DNA of 64,000 nucleotides, from contig OZ025791.1 of assembly GCA_964019425.1 (NCBI GenBank), positions 1,302,001 to 1,366,000 of the forward strand. Direction: 5' to 3'. The notes beneath the pieces were generated by a model. That model was not told the origin of the DNA. It made no database searches and saw only the letters and a program-made list of their open reading frames with translations. This DNA is from Flectonema sp. DT1601. Taxonomy: Eukaryota. A program made the translations under genes and the position numbers. Position 1 is the stretch's first letter, and the number at the start of each line of letters is the position of its first letter. Positions 33,179-44,336 of the stretch are shown here, one piece after another.

Positions 33179-34382
33179 ATGACCGCCCGTTTAGAAGTTA
33201 TGAAGCAGCACCTCACTCCTTACAGAGTTGTAGACACTCCGTACAGAGAGGAGATGATTGCCACTTGCAAGGCGATCACCCGTCCAGGAAAGGGACTTCT
33301 CGCAGCCGACGAGTCAGTCGGTAGCTGCGACAAGAGATTCAACCCAATCGGATTAGAGAACAACGCTGAGAACAGAAGAAGATACAGAGACCTCATGTTA
33401 GGAGCTGAAGGACTTGAACAGTACATCAGCGGTGTGATCTTCCACGAGGAGACTCTTTACCAAAAGTCTGACAGTGGAGTCGTATTCCCAGAGCACCTTC
33501 GCAAGCTCGGAGTTATCCCGGGAATCAAAACTGACAAGGGAATGGTTGCATCCGGTTCAGGTGCACCAGGTGAACAATGTACTCAGGGACTTGATGACTA
33601 TGAGAAGAGATGCTCGAAATACTACTCTGCTGGAGCTCGTTTCTGCAAGTGGAGAAATACCTACAAGATCCAGAACGGAACTGTTTCTGACTATTTGATT
33701 CACGCCAACGCTGAGACCCTCGCGAAGTACGCGCAGCTGTCACAGAGAGTTGGATTGGCTCCGATTGTTGAGCCTGAAGTTATGATTGATGGTGACCATG
33801 ATTTGGCTACCTGTCAGGCTATCACTGAGAAGGTTCAGGCTGCCGTAGTGAGTGCTCTTCACCGTCACGGGGTCATCTTCGAAGCGATGTTGTTGAAGCC
33901 TAACATGGTTGTCTACGGTGCTGATTCGGGTAAAACTGGAGTTCCTGTTGAGGTTGCTCGTGCGACCGTCACCACTCTTTCCCGTACCCTTCCAGCAGCA
34001 GTACCGGGAATTACCTTCTTGTCAGGTGGTCTTTCTGAGGGACAGGCATCGGCGTACCTTAACGCGATGAACCAGATCAGTGACATCGCGAGACCATGGG
34101 CACTCACATTCTCATATGCCAGAGCTCTTCAGTCATCAGCTCTTAAGGCGTGGAAGGGTAAGGACTCAAACAAGAAGGTTGCTCGTCAGGTATTCCTTCA
34201 CAGAGCCAAGATGAACTCGAAGGCTAACCAGGTATGTGTATTTAGTTTAAATAATTATTCTATTGAGAGAGTACTGATAAGTCTTACGAAGTAAATAATA
34301 ACCACCGCAGGGTATCTACGATGCCAACGAGGACACTAAGGGTTCGGAGGAATCGCTTTACGTTAAGGGACACACTTACTAG
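33179..34382 (+). CDS. ALD: Class I fructose-bisphosphate aldolase with PTS2, copy 2; exons 33179-34231 and 34311-34382
   Basis: Exon 1 matches copy 1; intron 34232-34310; exon 2 encodes [23 protein letters not shown]. Confidence 0.97.
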
Positions 34383-35029
34383 GTTAACACTGTTTAGTGC
34401 GTGTAAATTACTTTACTCTCTAATTATTAAGTTATAAAAAAGAAATTGGATAACAAAAACCACCATGAAAAAAAAAAAAAAAACCAAGCCAGGGAAATAG
34501 TTGATATTATACAACGTGCAACAGTCTTTTTTTTAAAAATATTTCTTGTTACACGCTTGATGGCAGCCCACGCATAGTTTCTGTTCGTTCCCCGCCCTTT
34601 TTTCTTCTTCTTAATTATTTTCGGTTCTTCGGTATTCTCCTTCTCAGGTGGAGTAGTGAAGAAGAGCATAAACATGTGTACAACTTAAACAGGAAGCGTG
34701 AGGCTGAGAAAGACTGTCAAAAAACCAATACCGTACGCGAACAAAAAAAAATTTCGGGGGTTTTCTAAAAGGTGGGATGTAGGAAAAAAAACAAACAAAA
34801 AGAACGTTTTTTGCTCAAACAGTTAACCCCTCCTCCCCTCTTCCCTAAAAATTGTTTTCTCGGCTACAAAACCCCTGGAGAAAAAAAAAAAAAAAAAAAA
34901 AAAAAAAAAGCACTTGGTGAAAGATAAAAATAAAAAGAAAAAAATAAAAAGAAAGCGGATTCTACTTCCAAATGGAATTGACGTAAGAGTGAATCTAGCT
35001 ACATAAAAATCCCGTCCTGACGTGTTGAG

Positions 35030-37379
35030 CAGGTCAGGTGGGATTATTCAAGTCGTTGCGTGTTACGTGATATTGTCGTATCATTCATTTTGAAATTTAT
35101 TTCTATTTTCAATTCCTCAACATGTAGGACTGTCTGTTCCCTTTGTGTCTTTTTCAATTAGACTTTCAGCACATTATTAAAATCACTTTCTACCTTCGTC
35201 AGATGTCGAAGAAAATTGAGAAAGCGTTGTCTTGGGTAACGTTATGGATTCCACCAGACAAATGGGACGTGAAACAAACCAAATGCGAGAGCTCAGAATG
35301 GTTTAGTGCTGGAGTACTAGCGGGTTCGGCTTGGTTTTTAGTCTTTTTGAACTTCGGGTTCTCGTGCGTCTTAGAGTTGCTGGCGGGTTTTTATCCCATG
35401 TTTTTAGAAATGGCACCTGTTGGAAATGGGGCCATATTCGGCTTAACAGCGGTTGCGTTTTCCGCTGCGTTTGCTGCTTTCGTACATCATCTAACCCATA
35501 TAACACTCGAGGTTGGTTGCGCAGTTTACACCACTTTTCTTGCCTGCATAGTTTCCCATTTGAATCTGTTGTTTTACGTGATTGCTGTTGTGTTAATTTG
35601 CTGCTACACAATTGCGTTCCTGACACAAGGACTTATCGGTCAGGTACTGTTTGCCTTAAAACAAGAAAAGACAATTTGTATTGTTGATGAATATTGTAGA
35701 ATATTAGCACCATCTACTTGTGGAACTGATCCTCTCTCTCTTGAGGGTGAGGTATTTACCTCAAGCTTACTGGGTGTTGGTTGTGATGAGATTGGATCAT
35801 TTACTTGTTACACTGACTGTGACACTGCTTCTTCTTATTTATCAACACCTATTGAAGTGAATGAGATTCCTCTGATATTAACTTCCATATATATACTCAT
35901 TGGATGGCTGGCTGCTCTCTATTTCAAGTTTCACTTTAGCAAATTTTCAAAAAGATTCGATGAAAAAAAAGGCACATTCCTTTTCACGATTTTCTGTTTT
36001 CTCCTTCCAATGTTTTTACTGACAGTAACGAGTATGTATGTCTACAGCAATACTGGTTTTTCGAATGAAAAATGCGGAGCCGTGAAACGGGTTGAGACAA
36101 CCTCAAACAAATGTGTTGGAGGTCACAAAAACAATCAGCTATCTCAACTCGTGTACTTGATACAGGTCCCACAGAGTATCTTTAATCAAACGAAAAGAAA
36201 ATACACTTTAGCACAGACTGACTGCAGACAAGATACAACATTAACTGACAGAATTAGAAACGGTTGTTATATTTCTTCAAGTGGATCTGAAATCAAATTA
36301 AGTCAACTTCTTGATTCGGGAGTAGAGTTTGGAATATTTTATTACTCTTTCTGCATTTGTGTTTATTTATTTGCGCAGTTTCTTTGGGCTCGTGAAGATG
36401 CCCCAGAAGACACTTCTGCCGAGGATATGATTATCATCAATGAACCTTCCTCGGAATCATGTGGACCTCCCTTGGAGTCATATGAGCCTCCTCTTTCAGA
36501 TTCATTTGATCAGGTGGGAGTACCTCCAGTATGTGTTCCACCATCAGAGTCCTCGGTGCCTTCTGGTCGGTTGAGTGATTCGATTTCTCATATGCCGGGG
36601 TTGGTGATCCAACCCCATCACATGGGTAGGGCATCTGAACCGCCACCTTTGAATCCATTTCGTCTCCAACGTGAAGGAATGCATCCATTATGTGTTCCAC
36701 CATCAGAGTCCCCAGTGTCATCTGGTGTGTTGCAACCTCCGTACCCGATATCGAATTCATCCTTTAACGAAGGTCTTTATCCAACAAGTCACATGGGTAG
36801 GTCATTAGGACTATCAACTCATCACGTGGAGTTAGCTCCCAGTAGAAGTTCTTCGTTTAACAATCCATCGCTGAGTCAATCTGTGGATTCTCTACACCTC
36901 CAGCAGCCGTATGATGAGAATCCTCTTCCAAGAGTTTCGGATTACCCAGAGTTAGCTCCTCCTGTTCGGAGAGTTCGAGAGTTTTCATTTCGTAATCCTC
37001 CTCATTGTTAGTAACGATCAGTTAGTGTTGTTAATTCTTCATTGAAGGAATCATCTTTAGAAAGAGAAAATATACGAAGACCTCGTTCACTTTCTCAGTT
37101 ATTGATTTAGTTGTCAACATCTACACAGTAAGTACTTTGGTATTGAATAAGAGTTCAATCCTGGAGGGTCATCATTGATGATCAGCTCAAGTCTTTTGTG
37201 ACTTCTTTTTTTGCACAACCAAAACTATTTAAACGGTTTTCGATGTGGTAAAAAAAAGACATGCTAAGTCTGAAACTTTTTCTGCCTTAGCGCTGGTTCG
37301 TATTTTTTGATTGACTTTCGTTGCGAAAAAACAAATTGAATAATTGCTTTTCTTTTCCCTCTTTATTTTAAAAGCTATT

Positions 37380-37419
<40 letters not shown>

Positions 37420-39346
37420 CCCTATTATTGTAAATTTTATTTTTCTTACTCACAATGTAATATTTACTTAACTTCGGATTTTAACTATTTTTCACAAAAA
37501 GAATTATGTGAAAAGTCAAAAGAATGATCAAAATATCCATCACACCGAGTAGTAGATATCTGTTTGTTTCATTCTTTGTGATGTTTTAAATCAGTGAGGC
37601 GCTAATACGTGGATCGTCTCTCTTTACTGTAGAGACCACTTCAGTGAGTTGCCTCGAAAAGGTTTCTTGCTAATACATAGATCAGGTCTAAAATAACTAT
37701 TTTCCCTTTTGTGTACATGCATGATGTTGTTCTGTACGAGAGGTTGTATCTGTACCTGCGCCAATCTTATTTAGTTTGGTTTAGTTTTTTTTTCTTTTTT
37801 TCTTTTTTTCTTTTTTTTTTTTTGTCATTCTTTGTTTGCCAAAAACAAAATTACTGTTTCGATTTAGTGGGTACCACCTGGTTTTGTTTGTGCGCAACCA
37901 GAAACAACGTCTATAAAGTAAAGGCGATAACCTTACGCTGCCACAATTCTCTCTTCGCTCGTAAAACATGTATTCGAGATGGAAAAAAAAAATGTGACAG
38001 ATATAATTGTACAGCTGCCATCACCACACACACGTGGGGGTGCTCTTTTTATTGAAGCGTGAGAATTATTTAGTGAAGTGTCGATTCTTTCTTGGGATCC
38101 AGTCCCTGGTTTCCTTTCCTCTTTTTTTTCTCTGAACAGCAGTTTTTTTTCTTTTTGTTTTCCCATCTCGTATCGGTACTCATCGAGTCAAAAGCGTCGT
38201 TTAGCTCAATTCCGGCCAAGGTCATTTTATTATGGTCTGGCGCAGTTATGATTAAACTGACTGTCTTCTTGATCTTTTTGTTTTCATTTCTTGCTGAATG
38301 ATATGGCTATGTGCTGCCCAATTCTTGTGGTACTTTTATAAAGCTTTCGGTAAGCCCACAGTACAATTATAATGCTTTGGACAACTGGGTGAACGATCCT
38401 CGGTGGGTTTCTATTGTCTTTCGTGGTATGTGGGCATATGGCAGATATAGTCGTATTACAAAGAAAGATGTTGTGTATGGAAGAAAGGGGTTTTTTATTT
38501 ATCCAAGTCCCCCCTCACATCTAGAACTAATGTTAAATTATCGTTATGTTGTTTATGATACAAATGCACTTGTATTTTTACGTACAAAATCGAACGGTTA
38601 ACTCCCCCTTTTGTTTACATTAAGTTAAACCCCCACATCAAATTACCCCACTCCGAAGGTATAATTATCCTTTTTATGTTTTCTTTGATTAACAACTACA
38701 AATGTCTTTTTCAGTCAAGTACTTAATATTAATTTGTTATTAGTACCTAAAGTGTTATTGTTGTTAAGGTTTCACTCCCACTCTCGGATCATTTCTCTTT
38801 TATTTTCTTTAGTTGTTTTCAACCTGTTAGCCTCTGGGTAAGGTGGGAGCTGAAGTCGATCATTTCTAGCGGAAGCTGTGAAACTACAATCTTCGCGATT
38901 GGATCCTTACTGATGCGGGCTACCCAGACCCCTCGTAGTCATCAGTTCTGTATTTTGATAACTAACTATTGCAAACTTATATTATGATCGCTCTAGTTGA
39001 TAAAAATAGTTCTTCAAAGGTTGTTTAAATTGAAACTAAATAATTTTTTTTTAATTTTTTAAAAACCTTTATTGTAGTCGTAACAAAACGTGCGATATTT
39101 TTGTTTTGTTTTTACTTTTTCCGTATAATAATATTTTCTACATTCCGTACAATTATTTTCTTAAACACGTTTTTTTTTATTAAAAGCCCTTTAATTTCCC
39201 CTTTGTTTTGCCCCCTTTAAAGGGGTACAAGTATGAACACGTTTTTTTTTTTTTTTTTTCCACCGGAAGAAATACAACTTCGTTAAGCAAAATCAAATTT
39301 ATGCTGACCCGTCATGGCGATAAGAAATATTTCTGAAACTGATTTA
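35030..39346 (+). repeat. Segmental duplication unit (TM gene plus downstream spacer plus PIBF1 upstream region)
   Basis: Near-identical to about 46122-49985 plus 51410-51630, apart from the variable 5' part of the TM gene, one inversion, small indels and the TIR insertion. Confidence 0.9.
35203..37011 (+). CDS. Multi-pass membrane protein with Cys-rich loops and Pro/Ser-rich tail, copy A
   Basis: About 7 hydrophobic segments; the ATG directly follows the acceptor-like CCTTCGTCAG; two near-identical copies lie downstream. No family recognised. Confidence 0.75.
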   Translation: MSKKIEKALSWVTLWIPPDKWDVKQTKCESSEWFSAGVLAGSAWFLVFLNFGFSCVLELLAGFYPMFLEMAPVGNGAIFGLTAVAFSAAFAAFVHHLTHITLEVGCAVYTTFLACIVSHLNLLFYVIAVVLICCYTIAFLTQGLIGQVLFALKQEKTICIVDEYCRILAPSTCGTDPLSLEGEVFTSSLLGVGCDEIGSFTCYTDCDTASSYLSTPIEVNEIPLILTSIYILIGWLAALYFKFHFSKFSKRFDEKKGTFLFTIFCFLLPMFLLTVTSMYVYSNTGFSNEKCGAVKRVETTSNKCVGGHKNNQLSQLVYLIQVPQSIFNQTKRKYTLAQTDCRQDTTLTDRIRNGCYISSSGSEIKLSQLLDSGVEFGIFYYSFCICVYLFAQFLWAREDAPEDTSAEDMIIINEPSSESCGPPLESYEPPLSDSFDQVGVPPVCVPPSESSVPSGRLSDSISHMPGLVIQPHHMGRASEPPPLNPFRLQREGMHPLCVPPSESPVSSGVLQPPYPISNSSFNEGLYPTSHMGRSLGLSTHHVELAPSRSSSFNNPSLSQSVDSLHLQQPYDENPLPRVSDYPELAPPVRRVREFSFRNPPHC

Positions 39347-39551
39347 CAAGAAATTTGGAATAAAGTCCCCGAACTTACTGATGAAGGTCTAAAAGGGACA
39401 GGTGGTATAAGATTAAGGCCTGAAACTACATGTTCCTCACTAACTAACAAACATGTTTAATGTCTCAACGAACCTTTTTGATTGATCTGATTTATAATAG
39501 CAATTGTTCACTCATATTTATTTTTTCACTCATTTTTTTTAACTCACTTAT

Positions 39552-40123
39552 CATAGATGGAAGTGCCCTACAATTTGGAGGGCGTGTAGAGCGCTTTTAA
39601 TATAAATATTATTTTAGAGGGCGCTTTTTTTTACCTTTTTTATTACTATAAGACAGCTAAATTGACGGGGACTTACACTGACGCACAAGTATTTTGACGC
39701 AGAAGCCAATTTTCTTTTTTTTTGACATGCTTGGCAGTCTTTCGAAAAAGAGAAAACAGGTGTCACGGGGTTCGAACCCGAGACCTCCAGGTCATGGTTC
39801 GGCGGTCAACAATGGCAAAAACAATGGGTCACTCCTTGAGAGCTTCCGGAGCCTGCTGCAATCCCTGAAGCTGAAACTCATTTCAGTGGACGATGCATCC
39901 CAGATCTACAAGGAGCTGATTAGCCCGCAGAATGCACCGAGTCGAATATAGAGGGATTCAAGGAGGGAGAGTGCGTTCTTGCTAACCTGTTCATAGGCCG
40001 GTCTTCACGGTACCTTGTGAGAAAAAAAAGAAGTTTACTGGTGGCAAGTAAACTGATATCCCAGAGACGCATTTGATCGGGTGAACAGGCGCCCTCCAAA
40101 TTTGGAGGGCACTTCCATCTATG
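39552..40123. mobile_element. Non-autonomous TIR element (MITE-like), copy 1
   Basis: Termini CATAGATGGAAGTGCCCTACAATTTGGAGGGCG and CGCCCTCCAAATTTGGAGGGCACTTCCATCTATG form inverted repeats of about 33 nt. The interior matches 44337-45046. Confidence 0.85.
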
Positions 40124-40385
40124 AAAGAATTTAAAAACTAAAAAAGGAATAAACAATGTTATCATTGTTTTTTTTAATCGATCGGCTATGTCGATTAATT
40201 TCTATTTTCCGTCCTGGTCAAGACGCTAAACTGATTGTTTTTTTTTTTTAAAAAAAATAAATAATAAAAGAATATCTAAAAAAAAAATAAACAATGTTAG
40301 CATTCCATTATTTTTTTTAACTCAATTATTGTTAATTTTGACCTTTCATAAATCACTATTTACTTCGTCACTCCAGAGGCATAAG

Positions 40386-40700
40386 ATGGCCAGGGCAGCT
40401 GTTGAAAATGTCTGTTTGAGTGGATCTGGTTCTGACTCCTCGCGGGAAATGGCTTCAGAAGAAGATGAGGATAGTTTTGTTTTTAACAACAGCTACTCGA
40501 GCGTAGGGAGATCTATAATAACAGAGAGACTGCTGAACAGAAGGCCAGACTTGCTCCACATCACAGTCCTCGGTGCCTTCTGGTCGGTTGAGTGATTCGA
40601 TTTCTCATATGCCGGGGTTGGTGATCCAACCCCATCACATGGGTAGGGCATCTGAACCACCACCTTTGAATCCATTTCGTCTCCAACGTGAAGGGAACAT
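40386..40700 (+). pseudogene. Chimeric pseudogene: decayed PIBF1 5' fragment fused to a fragment of the TM gene tail
   Basis: About 40386-40552 matches PIBF1 51718-51930 with a 15-codon deletion and frameshifting indels. About 40565-40695 matches TM gene 36549-36678 and then jumps to the TM gene 3' flank. Confidence 0.85.
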
Positions 40701-42191
40701 CTACACAGTAAGTACTTTGGTATTGAATAAGAGTTCAATCCTGGAGGGTCATCATTGATGATCAGTTTTTTTACGCAACCAAAACTATTTAAACGGTTTT
40801 CGATGTGGTACATGCTAAGTCTGAAACCTTTTCTGCCTTAGCGCTGGTTCGTATTTTTTTGATTGACTTTTTGTACCGACGTAGTCGGAGGAGAAACTAT
40901 TCAGATTGAAAGTCGTTATTTCTTATAATCATGACTTATGATTTATTTCCCCGTGCGACAGGATTCTGTCTGCTTTCAACTCGTCAGCTTGTAATTTGCT
41001 TACTAACTTAAGAAAGATGCTTTAATTTCAGCCACCGAAACCAACTATTATTTGTTTGTTGTCCTACGAACTTTTAGCATTTGATTTTGATTAACTGATA
41101 TTTAGTTATTCTAACTTATCTAATTTAACCATCTCGGGTACCGAGAAGCGTCTTCGTACTTCTGGCGGTGCCATGAGACTCAGACGGAGATATAGAATAC
41201 TGTATGAACATGAGTGGAAACCTTTTTATTTTTTTTTATTATTCATCCCTCTAAATATACCCCTTAAAAGAAGAATTCTAAAAAAAAGAAATAACGCGAA
41301 AATAATAAAGAGGGCATTTTTTTTTTTCCCCATAAAAAAAGTCGAATAAAGAAGTAAAGGCCCCCATTTTGTTTGGAACTAATGTTAAATTATCCTTATG
41401 TTGTTTATGATACCATACATCGAGAGAATAAAGTTCCAGGTGAGATTTGGACTGTTAGCTTTTGGCTAAGGCCCTCCCTGAAAGGCAAGAACAAAAAAAC
41501 TACTCACACCTGAAGAAAACATACACAAAGAACACACATACAAGTACATCACATCGCTTGCTGAACCTCCATCGATCTGCTTCCATCGTCCCTTGGCAAA
41601 AACAGGTAACGGAAAAAAAGCAAGACAAACCTGTTTTAATTGTGTTGTAATTTTAGCAGAGGATTTGAATAACAGGGAAAGAACAAGTGTTATTTTTAAA
41701 AACAATGCCAGGGAAGTATTTTACGTACAAAATCGAACGGTTAACTCCCCCTTTTGTTTACATTAAGTTCCCTTTATTATTTTTAACCCTTTAAAAGGGG
41801 TCCAAGTATGTAATTTTCTTTTCATTTTTCTTACTCACAATGTAATATTTACTTAACTTCGGGTTTTAACTATTTTTCACAAAAAGAATTATGTGAAAAG
41901 TCAAAAGAATGATCAAATGTCCATCACACCGAGTCTTGTGATGTATTAAATCAGTGAGGCGCTAATACTTGGATCATCTCTCTCTCTAGTGTAGAGATGG
42001 TGTTGTTATGTTAAAGTACAGGTCAGGTAGGATTATTCAAGTCGTTGCGTGTTACGTGATATTGTCGTATCATTCATTTTGAAATTTATTTCTATTTTCA
42101 ATTCCTCAACATGTAGGACTGTCTGTTCCCTTTGTGTCTTTTTCAATTAGACTTTCAGCACATTATTAAAATCACTTTCTACCTTCGTCAG

Positions 42192-43988
42192 ATGTCGAAG
42201 AAAATTGAGAAAGCGTTGTCTTGGTCTCCGTTTTGGGAAGCGGAGCTGCGGGAAAATCGAATCGACCGTTCGAATAAGAAGCAAATCTTTTCACAAATGT
42301 TCGTGGTTTGGTTTATTTTTGCAATGAGCTGCTTTCTGTCATTCGTTTATTTACGTCTGTATACTTATCCCATGGTTTTAGAGATGGCGCCCGTCAATGC
42401 AGGTGGACTTATATTCTTAGCAGTGATCATATTTTTCGCTGTAGCTGCTGCATTCTTTACTGTTATTGTCACCAGTTCAACACTCGAGGTTGGTTGCGTA
42501 TCTTACACTACTTTTCTTGCCTGCATAGTTTCCCATTTGAATCTGTTGTTTTACGTGATTGCTGTTGTGTTAATTTGCTGCTACACAATTGCGTTCCTGA
42601 CACAAGGACTTATCGGTCAGGTACTGTTTGCCTTAAAACAAGAAAAGACAATTTGTATTGTTGATGAATATTGTAGAATATTAGCACCATCTACTTGTGG
42701 AACTGATCCTCTCTCTCTTGAGGGTGAGGTATTTACCTCAAGCTTACTGGGTGTTGGTTGTGATGAGATTGGATCATTTACTTGTTACACTGACTGTGAC
42801 ACTGCTGCTTCTTATTTATCAACACCTATTGAAGTGAATGAGATTCCTCTGATATTAACTTCCATATATATACTCATTGGATGGCTGGCTGCTCTCTATT
42901 TCAAGTTTCACTTTAGCAAATTTTCAAAAAGATTCGATGAAAAAAAAGGCACATTCCTTTTCACGATTTTCTGTTTTCTCCTTCCAATGTTTTTACTGAC
43001 AGTAACGAGTATGTATGTCTACAGCAATACTGGTTTTTCGAATGAAAAATGCGGAGCCGTGAAACGGGTTGAGACAACCTCAAACAAATGTGTTGGAGGT
43101 CACAAAAACAATCAGCTATCTCAACTCGTGTACTTGATACAGGTCCCACAGAGTATCTTTAATCAAACGAAAAGAAAATACACTTTAGCACAGACTGACT
43201 GCAGACAAGATACAACATTAACTGACAGAATTAGAAACGGTTGTTATATTTCTTCAAGTGGATCTGAAATCAAATTAAGTCAACTTCTTGATTCGGGAGT
43301 AGAGTTTGGAATATTTTATTACTCTTTCTGCATTTGTGTTTATTTATTTGCGCAGTTTCTTTGGGCTCGTGAAGATGCCCCAGAAGACACTTCTGCCGAG
43401 GATATGATTATCATCAATGAACCTTCCTCGGAATCATGTGGACCTCCCTTGGAGTCATATGAGCCTCCTCTTTCAGATTCATTTGATCAGGTGGGAGTAC
43501 CTCCAGTATGTGTTCCACCATCAGAGTCCTCGGTGCCTTCTGGTCGGTTGAGTGATTCGATTTCTCATATGCCGGGGTTGGTGATCCAACCCCATCACAT
43601 GGGTAGGGCATCTGAACCGCCACCTTTGAATCCATTTCGTCTCCAACGTGAAGGAATGCATCCATTATGTGTTCCACCATCAGAGTCCCCAGTGTCATCT
43701 GGTGTGTTGCAACCTCCGTACCCGATATCGAATTCATCCTTTAACGAAGGTCTTTATCCAACAAGTCACATGGGTAGGTCATTAGGACTATCAACTCATC
43801 ACGTGGAGTTAGCTCCCAGTAGAAGTTCTTCGTTTAACAATCCATCGCTGAGTCAATCTGTGGATTCTCTACACCTCCAGCAGCCGTATGATGAGAATCC
43901 TCTTCCAAGAGTTTCGGATTACCCAGAGTTAGCTCCTCCTGTTCGGAGAGTTCGAGAGTTTTCATTTCGTAATCCTCCTCATTGTTAG
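42192..43988 (+). CDS. Multi-pass membrane protein, copy B
   Basis: Nearly identical to copy A beyond about residue 110, with a different N-terminal segment. Confidence 0.75.
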   Translation: MSKKIEKALSWSPFWEAELRENRIDRSNKKQIFSQMFVVWFIFAMSCFLSFVYLRLYTYPMVLEMAPVNAGGLIFLAVIIFFAVAAAFFTVIVTSSTLEVGCVSYTTFLACIVSHLNLLFYVIAVVLICCYTIAFLTQGLIGQVLFALKQEKTICIVDEYCRILAPSTCGTDPLSLEGEVFTSSLLGVGCDEIGSFTCYTDCDTAASYLSTPIEVNEIPLILTSIYILIGWLAALYFKFHFSKFSKRFDEKKGTFLFTIFCFLLPMFLLTVTSMYVYSNTGFSNEKCGAVKRVETTSNKCVGGHKNNQLSQLVYLIQVPQSIFNQTKRKYTLAQTDCRQDTTLTDRIRNGCYISSSGSEIKLSQLLDSGVEFGIFYYSFCICVYLFAQFLWAREDAPEDTSAEDMIIINEPSSESCGPPLESYEPPLSDSFDQVGVPPVCVPPSESSVPSGRLSDSISHMPGLVIQPHHMGRASEPPPLNPFRLQREGMHPLCVPPSESPVSSGVLQPPYPISNSSFNEGLYPTSHMGRSLGLSTHHVELAPSRSSSFNNPSLSQSVDSLHLQQPYDENPLPRVSDYPELAPPVRRVREFSFRNPPHC

Positions 43989-44336
43989 TAACGATCAGTT
44001 AGTGTTGTTAATTCTTCATTGAAGGAATCATCTTTAGAAAGAGAAAATATACGAAGACCTCGTTCACTTTCTCAGTTATTGATTTAGTTGTCAACATCTA
44101 CACAGTAAGTACTTTGGTATTGAATAAGAGTTCAATCCTGGAGGGTCATCATTGATGATCAGTTTTTTTGCACAACCAAAACTATTTAAACGGTTTTCGA
44201 TGTGGTACATGCTAAGTCTGAAACCTTTTCTGCCTTAGCGCTGGTTCGTATTTTTTTGATTGACTTTTTGTACCGACGTAGTCGGAGGAGAAACTATTCA
44301 GATTGAAAGTCGTTATTTCTTATAATCATGACTTAT

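Noticed and set aside
31430..34107. Antisense and alternate-frame ORFs repeated within the aldolase genes (similar ones in the TM genes)
   Set aside because: They are shadows of the real CDS, repeated only because the genes are duplicated.
37012..37110. In-frame protein-like stretch (RSVSVVNSSLKESS...) after the TM gene stop
   Set aside because: Two consecutive stops (TAG TAA) occur in all three copies with no readthrough context; at most a relic of a longer ancestral C-terminus.
39694..39951. ORF inside the MITE as a possible transposase
   Set aside because: It is short, differs at the 5' end between copies and has no transposase motifs.
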